Source: Cyanophora paradoxa CCMP329 (taxonomy: Eukaryota; Plantae; Glaucophyta). Taken from it: 64,000 bases of DNA. The stretch lies in contig QPMI01000217.1 of NCBI GenBank assembly GCA_004431415.1, positions 1-64,000 of the forward strand, in the 5' to 3' direction. Position numbers and translations under genes: made by a program. Below, in pieces: positions 61,407 through 64,000 of this stretch. The notes under the pieces are model-generated. The model did not search any database and had not been told where the DNA came from. It was given only the letters and a program-made list of their open reading frames with translations. Positions within the stretch are counted from its first letter, which is position 1. Each line of letters starts with the position of its first letter.

Positions 61407-61844
61407 CGCCCCGCCGGGCCCCCCGCCCCCTCCCCGGCCTCCCCATGCAACGGCTCTCCTGTCTTGACCCTCTGTCCTAGTTCATAGAACGCAGCGCCGT
61501 ATTCGAATCACATTGGTCCTTTCGAAGCGATTCGAAGGCTAGTACAGTCGAAAACGAGGGGTGAGGGGAGAGGCGGGGGAGGAGGGGGGGGGGCCGGGGC
61601 GGGCGGGGGTAACATATGCCATGATCATTATGCCTAGTAGCATGCGATCATGTATATATATATATATATATATATACGTATACATGTGATCATGGACTCT
61701 GAGACCAAGGGCGCCGGCGCCAGCTAGCGCTCGCGGTGCTACGTATACAGAGTGCATGCACTGCTGCATGCAGAGCCTAGCTGTAGATAATAATTATAAA
61801 TCAATAATCATTAGTATGACTTCAACAGGCGCAGGGGACACGCA

Positions 61845-63952
61845 TCAGTCGAAGATGCGGAGGACATCCTTAACCTCGCCGCGGCGGGGGGGCAGGAGAG
61901 GCTTGCGGCATTTCGGGCACTCGTTCGTCCCCTCCTTGAGCCGCTGCACGCACGTCGAGCAGAAGACGTGGCTGCAGTGCGGAAGAAGGCGCCGCTCTGT
62001 CGGGTCCCGCTCCTCCCGGCAGATCTGCGGCGCTGGAGTAAGACGCTTCTAGGCGCGCCCGTCGGGCCGGGAGGCCGGGGCGGGCGCACGGGACACTCGT
62101 ACGTTGCTGGGCCCTCAGTGCGCCTCCGCTTGACGCGCTCCTCGGCGAGAGCCTCCGCCCGCTCCTCCGCGAGGGCGGCGACCTGTGCCTCGAGCCGCGC
62201 CGCATGCTCCGCCTCCATCCTGGCGCGCTCCTCGGTGCGCTCCTCGGCGAGGCCCCTTGAGAGCCATCTTCCGCCGCTTGCGCGACTCCGCAGCGCCGCG
62301 TCCGCCGCCTCCAGCGCCGCCACCGCCCTCCCCTCGTGCGCCGCCCTCTCCGCCGCCTCCGCCGCCACCCGATCGCGCAGTGCTGCGAGCTCGTCCCGCA
62401 GCGCCGCGACCTCGGCCACCACTTGCTCTACTCGCGCCGCCGGCTGCTGCTGGACCGCCGCCGGCGCCTGCTGCAATGCTGCCGCCGCCGCCGTCGCCGG
62501 CCGCAGAGGTTGCTGCTGGGCCGCCGATGCCGGCTGCTGCAGCACGGGCTGGGGCGCCGGTGGCTGTGCTGAGGGCTTGGAGCGCCGCCTCTGCCCCGGC
62601 TCTGCTGACCCCGACGCTGAGGCAACCGCAGCGGGGGCGGGGAGGGAGCGGAGGTGGGCGAGGGCGGCGGCTCCCGACACGCGGGCATGCTCCGGCAGGT
62701 CCGTGAGGGGGTTGCCTTCTACCTCCAGCGTCTCCAATTGCAAGCCCGCGAACTCCGGCGAGCTCTCAAATAGACGCAATCCCCAGATCTGCCCGATCTC
62801 CTTAGGCAGGGCCGCTAAGCGGTTGAACCTCACATCCAGCCGCCGCAGCTGCACGAGCTCTCCAATCTCAAGCGGCAGCGTCGTCAGCTGGTTGTAGCTC
62901 ACGTAAAGGTATAGCAGAGCCGTCAGCTGACCGATCGTCGACGGGAGAACCGTCAACTGGTTGTTATTTTGCTGGCTGGAGCCTAGAATCAGCTTCTGCA
63001 GGTTGGCGAGGTGACCGATCTCCGGCGGCAGTGCCGTCGGCTTGTTGCCGCTCACGTCCAGCTTCTGCAGGGCCGCGAGCTGGCCGATCTCCGCCGGCAG
63101 CGCCGCCAGCTGGTTGTCGCCCACCTCGAGCTCCTTGAGGCTCGCGAGGCGCCCGAGCTCACGCGGCAGCGTCGCTAGCCCGTTGCCACACAGGGTAAGC
63201 TTCTGCAGGTTGGCGAGCTGACCGATCTCCGGCGGCAGCATTATCAGCTGGTTGCCGCTAATGTCCAGCTCCTGCAGGCGCCCCATCTGCAATACCTCCA
63301 ATGGCAGGCCTGTGAGCTTGTTGCTGCTGACGTTTAGGACCTGGAGGTTCGCCAGCTGACCAATCGCCGGCGGCAGCTCTGTGAACTGATTGCGATCCAG
63401 AAGCAGCAAACGCAAGTTGGCGAGGTGCCCGATCTCCGACGGCAGCGCCGTTAGCTTGTTGCCGCTCAGCCACAGCTCTGGCAGGTTGACGAGCCAACCG
63501 ATTTGCGGCGGTAGTGCTGACAGCATGTTGCGCGACACATCCAGTAGCCGCAGGTTGGCAAGTTGACTGATTTCCGCAGGCAGCGTGGTCAGCTGATTGA
63601 TAGCCACGTCCAGGTACTGCAGGGCTGCTAGCTGACCGATCTCCTCCGGCAGCGCCGTCAGCTTGTTGGCGCCCACGAGCAGCTTTTGCAAAGCCGCCAG
63701 CCGACCGATCTCCGGCGGGATGGCTGCCAGCTGGTTGAAGTCGATGACCAGCGTCTCCAGACTCGTCAGCTTGGCGAGCTCCGCGCCGGGGATGCTCGTG
63801 AGTTTGTTGCCGGTGAGGCCTAGAACACGGACGTTCGCGGGGCCCGCGCGGTCGATCTCTTCCGATGGCCACGCCGTGCGCTCAGATGTCCCACACCAGT
63901 CATCGCCAGCGAGGTCCAACTTGCCCTCGCTTGCTATCCAGCCGCTCTGCAT
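61845..63952 (-). CDS. LRR - coiled-coil - C3HC4 RING protein (putative E3 ligase); 2 exons
   Basis: About 16 repeats of 23-aa LRR (LPPEIGQLANLQ.L....NQL). Removing intron 62025-62089 yields CP|IC...CSHVFCSTC...CPKC (RING-HC). Stop TGA at 61845-61847. Confidence 0.88.
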
Positions 63953-64000
63953 TCACACAGCGGATCTACGGCGCAGTGAGACGCGCGCCACGAGCGCTCG

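Noticed and set aside
20631-63952. Ubiquitin-like pathway cluster (UBA3, Ulp1, F-box, RING)
   Set aside because: The genes are dispersed among unrelated loci, these families are common, and the Ulp1 belongs to a recent TE insertion.

Overview
Very GC-rich, intron-dense eukaryotic DNA. It is probably from a flagellated primary alga, possibly a glaucophyte; this is inferred from a plastid TIC21/PIC1 gene whose transit peptide begins MQSF, plus a SHIPPO-repeat flagellar gene. About 15 multi-exon genes with ~55-90 bp introns can be reconstructed: a TRP/PF06011-like membrane protein, TIC21, an SDR, an ODF3-like protein, an RsmB-like methyltransferase, a cupin, an auxilin-like J protein, UBA3, AASDH, an ankyrin-TRP channel with a C-terminal C2 domain, an F-box protein, TAF5 and an LRR-RING protein. 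Most long ORFs in the supplied track are GC artefacts. The centre of the window holds a ~15.7 kb non-LTR retrotransposon (27309-42967) flanked by an apparently identical 308-bp direct duplication. It has a 5' array of ~18 x 140-bp monomers, a ~3100-aa polyprotein (APE endonuclease, RT, RNase H, Zn-knuckle, C-terminal Ulp1/SENP protease) and a poly(A) tail. Three window-wide oddities stand out. (1) GC-AG introns are very frequent (5 of 11 in UBA3) and donors follow a G(T/C)(C/G)CGC consensus. (2) Exons switch from G-ending to C-ending synonymous codons while introns run C-rich to G-rich. (3) Intergenic DNA is a patchwork of micro-palindromes that look like templated-insertion scars.
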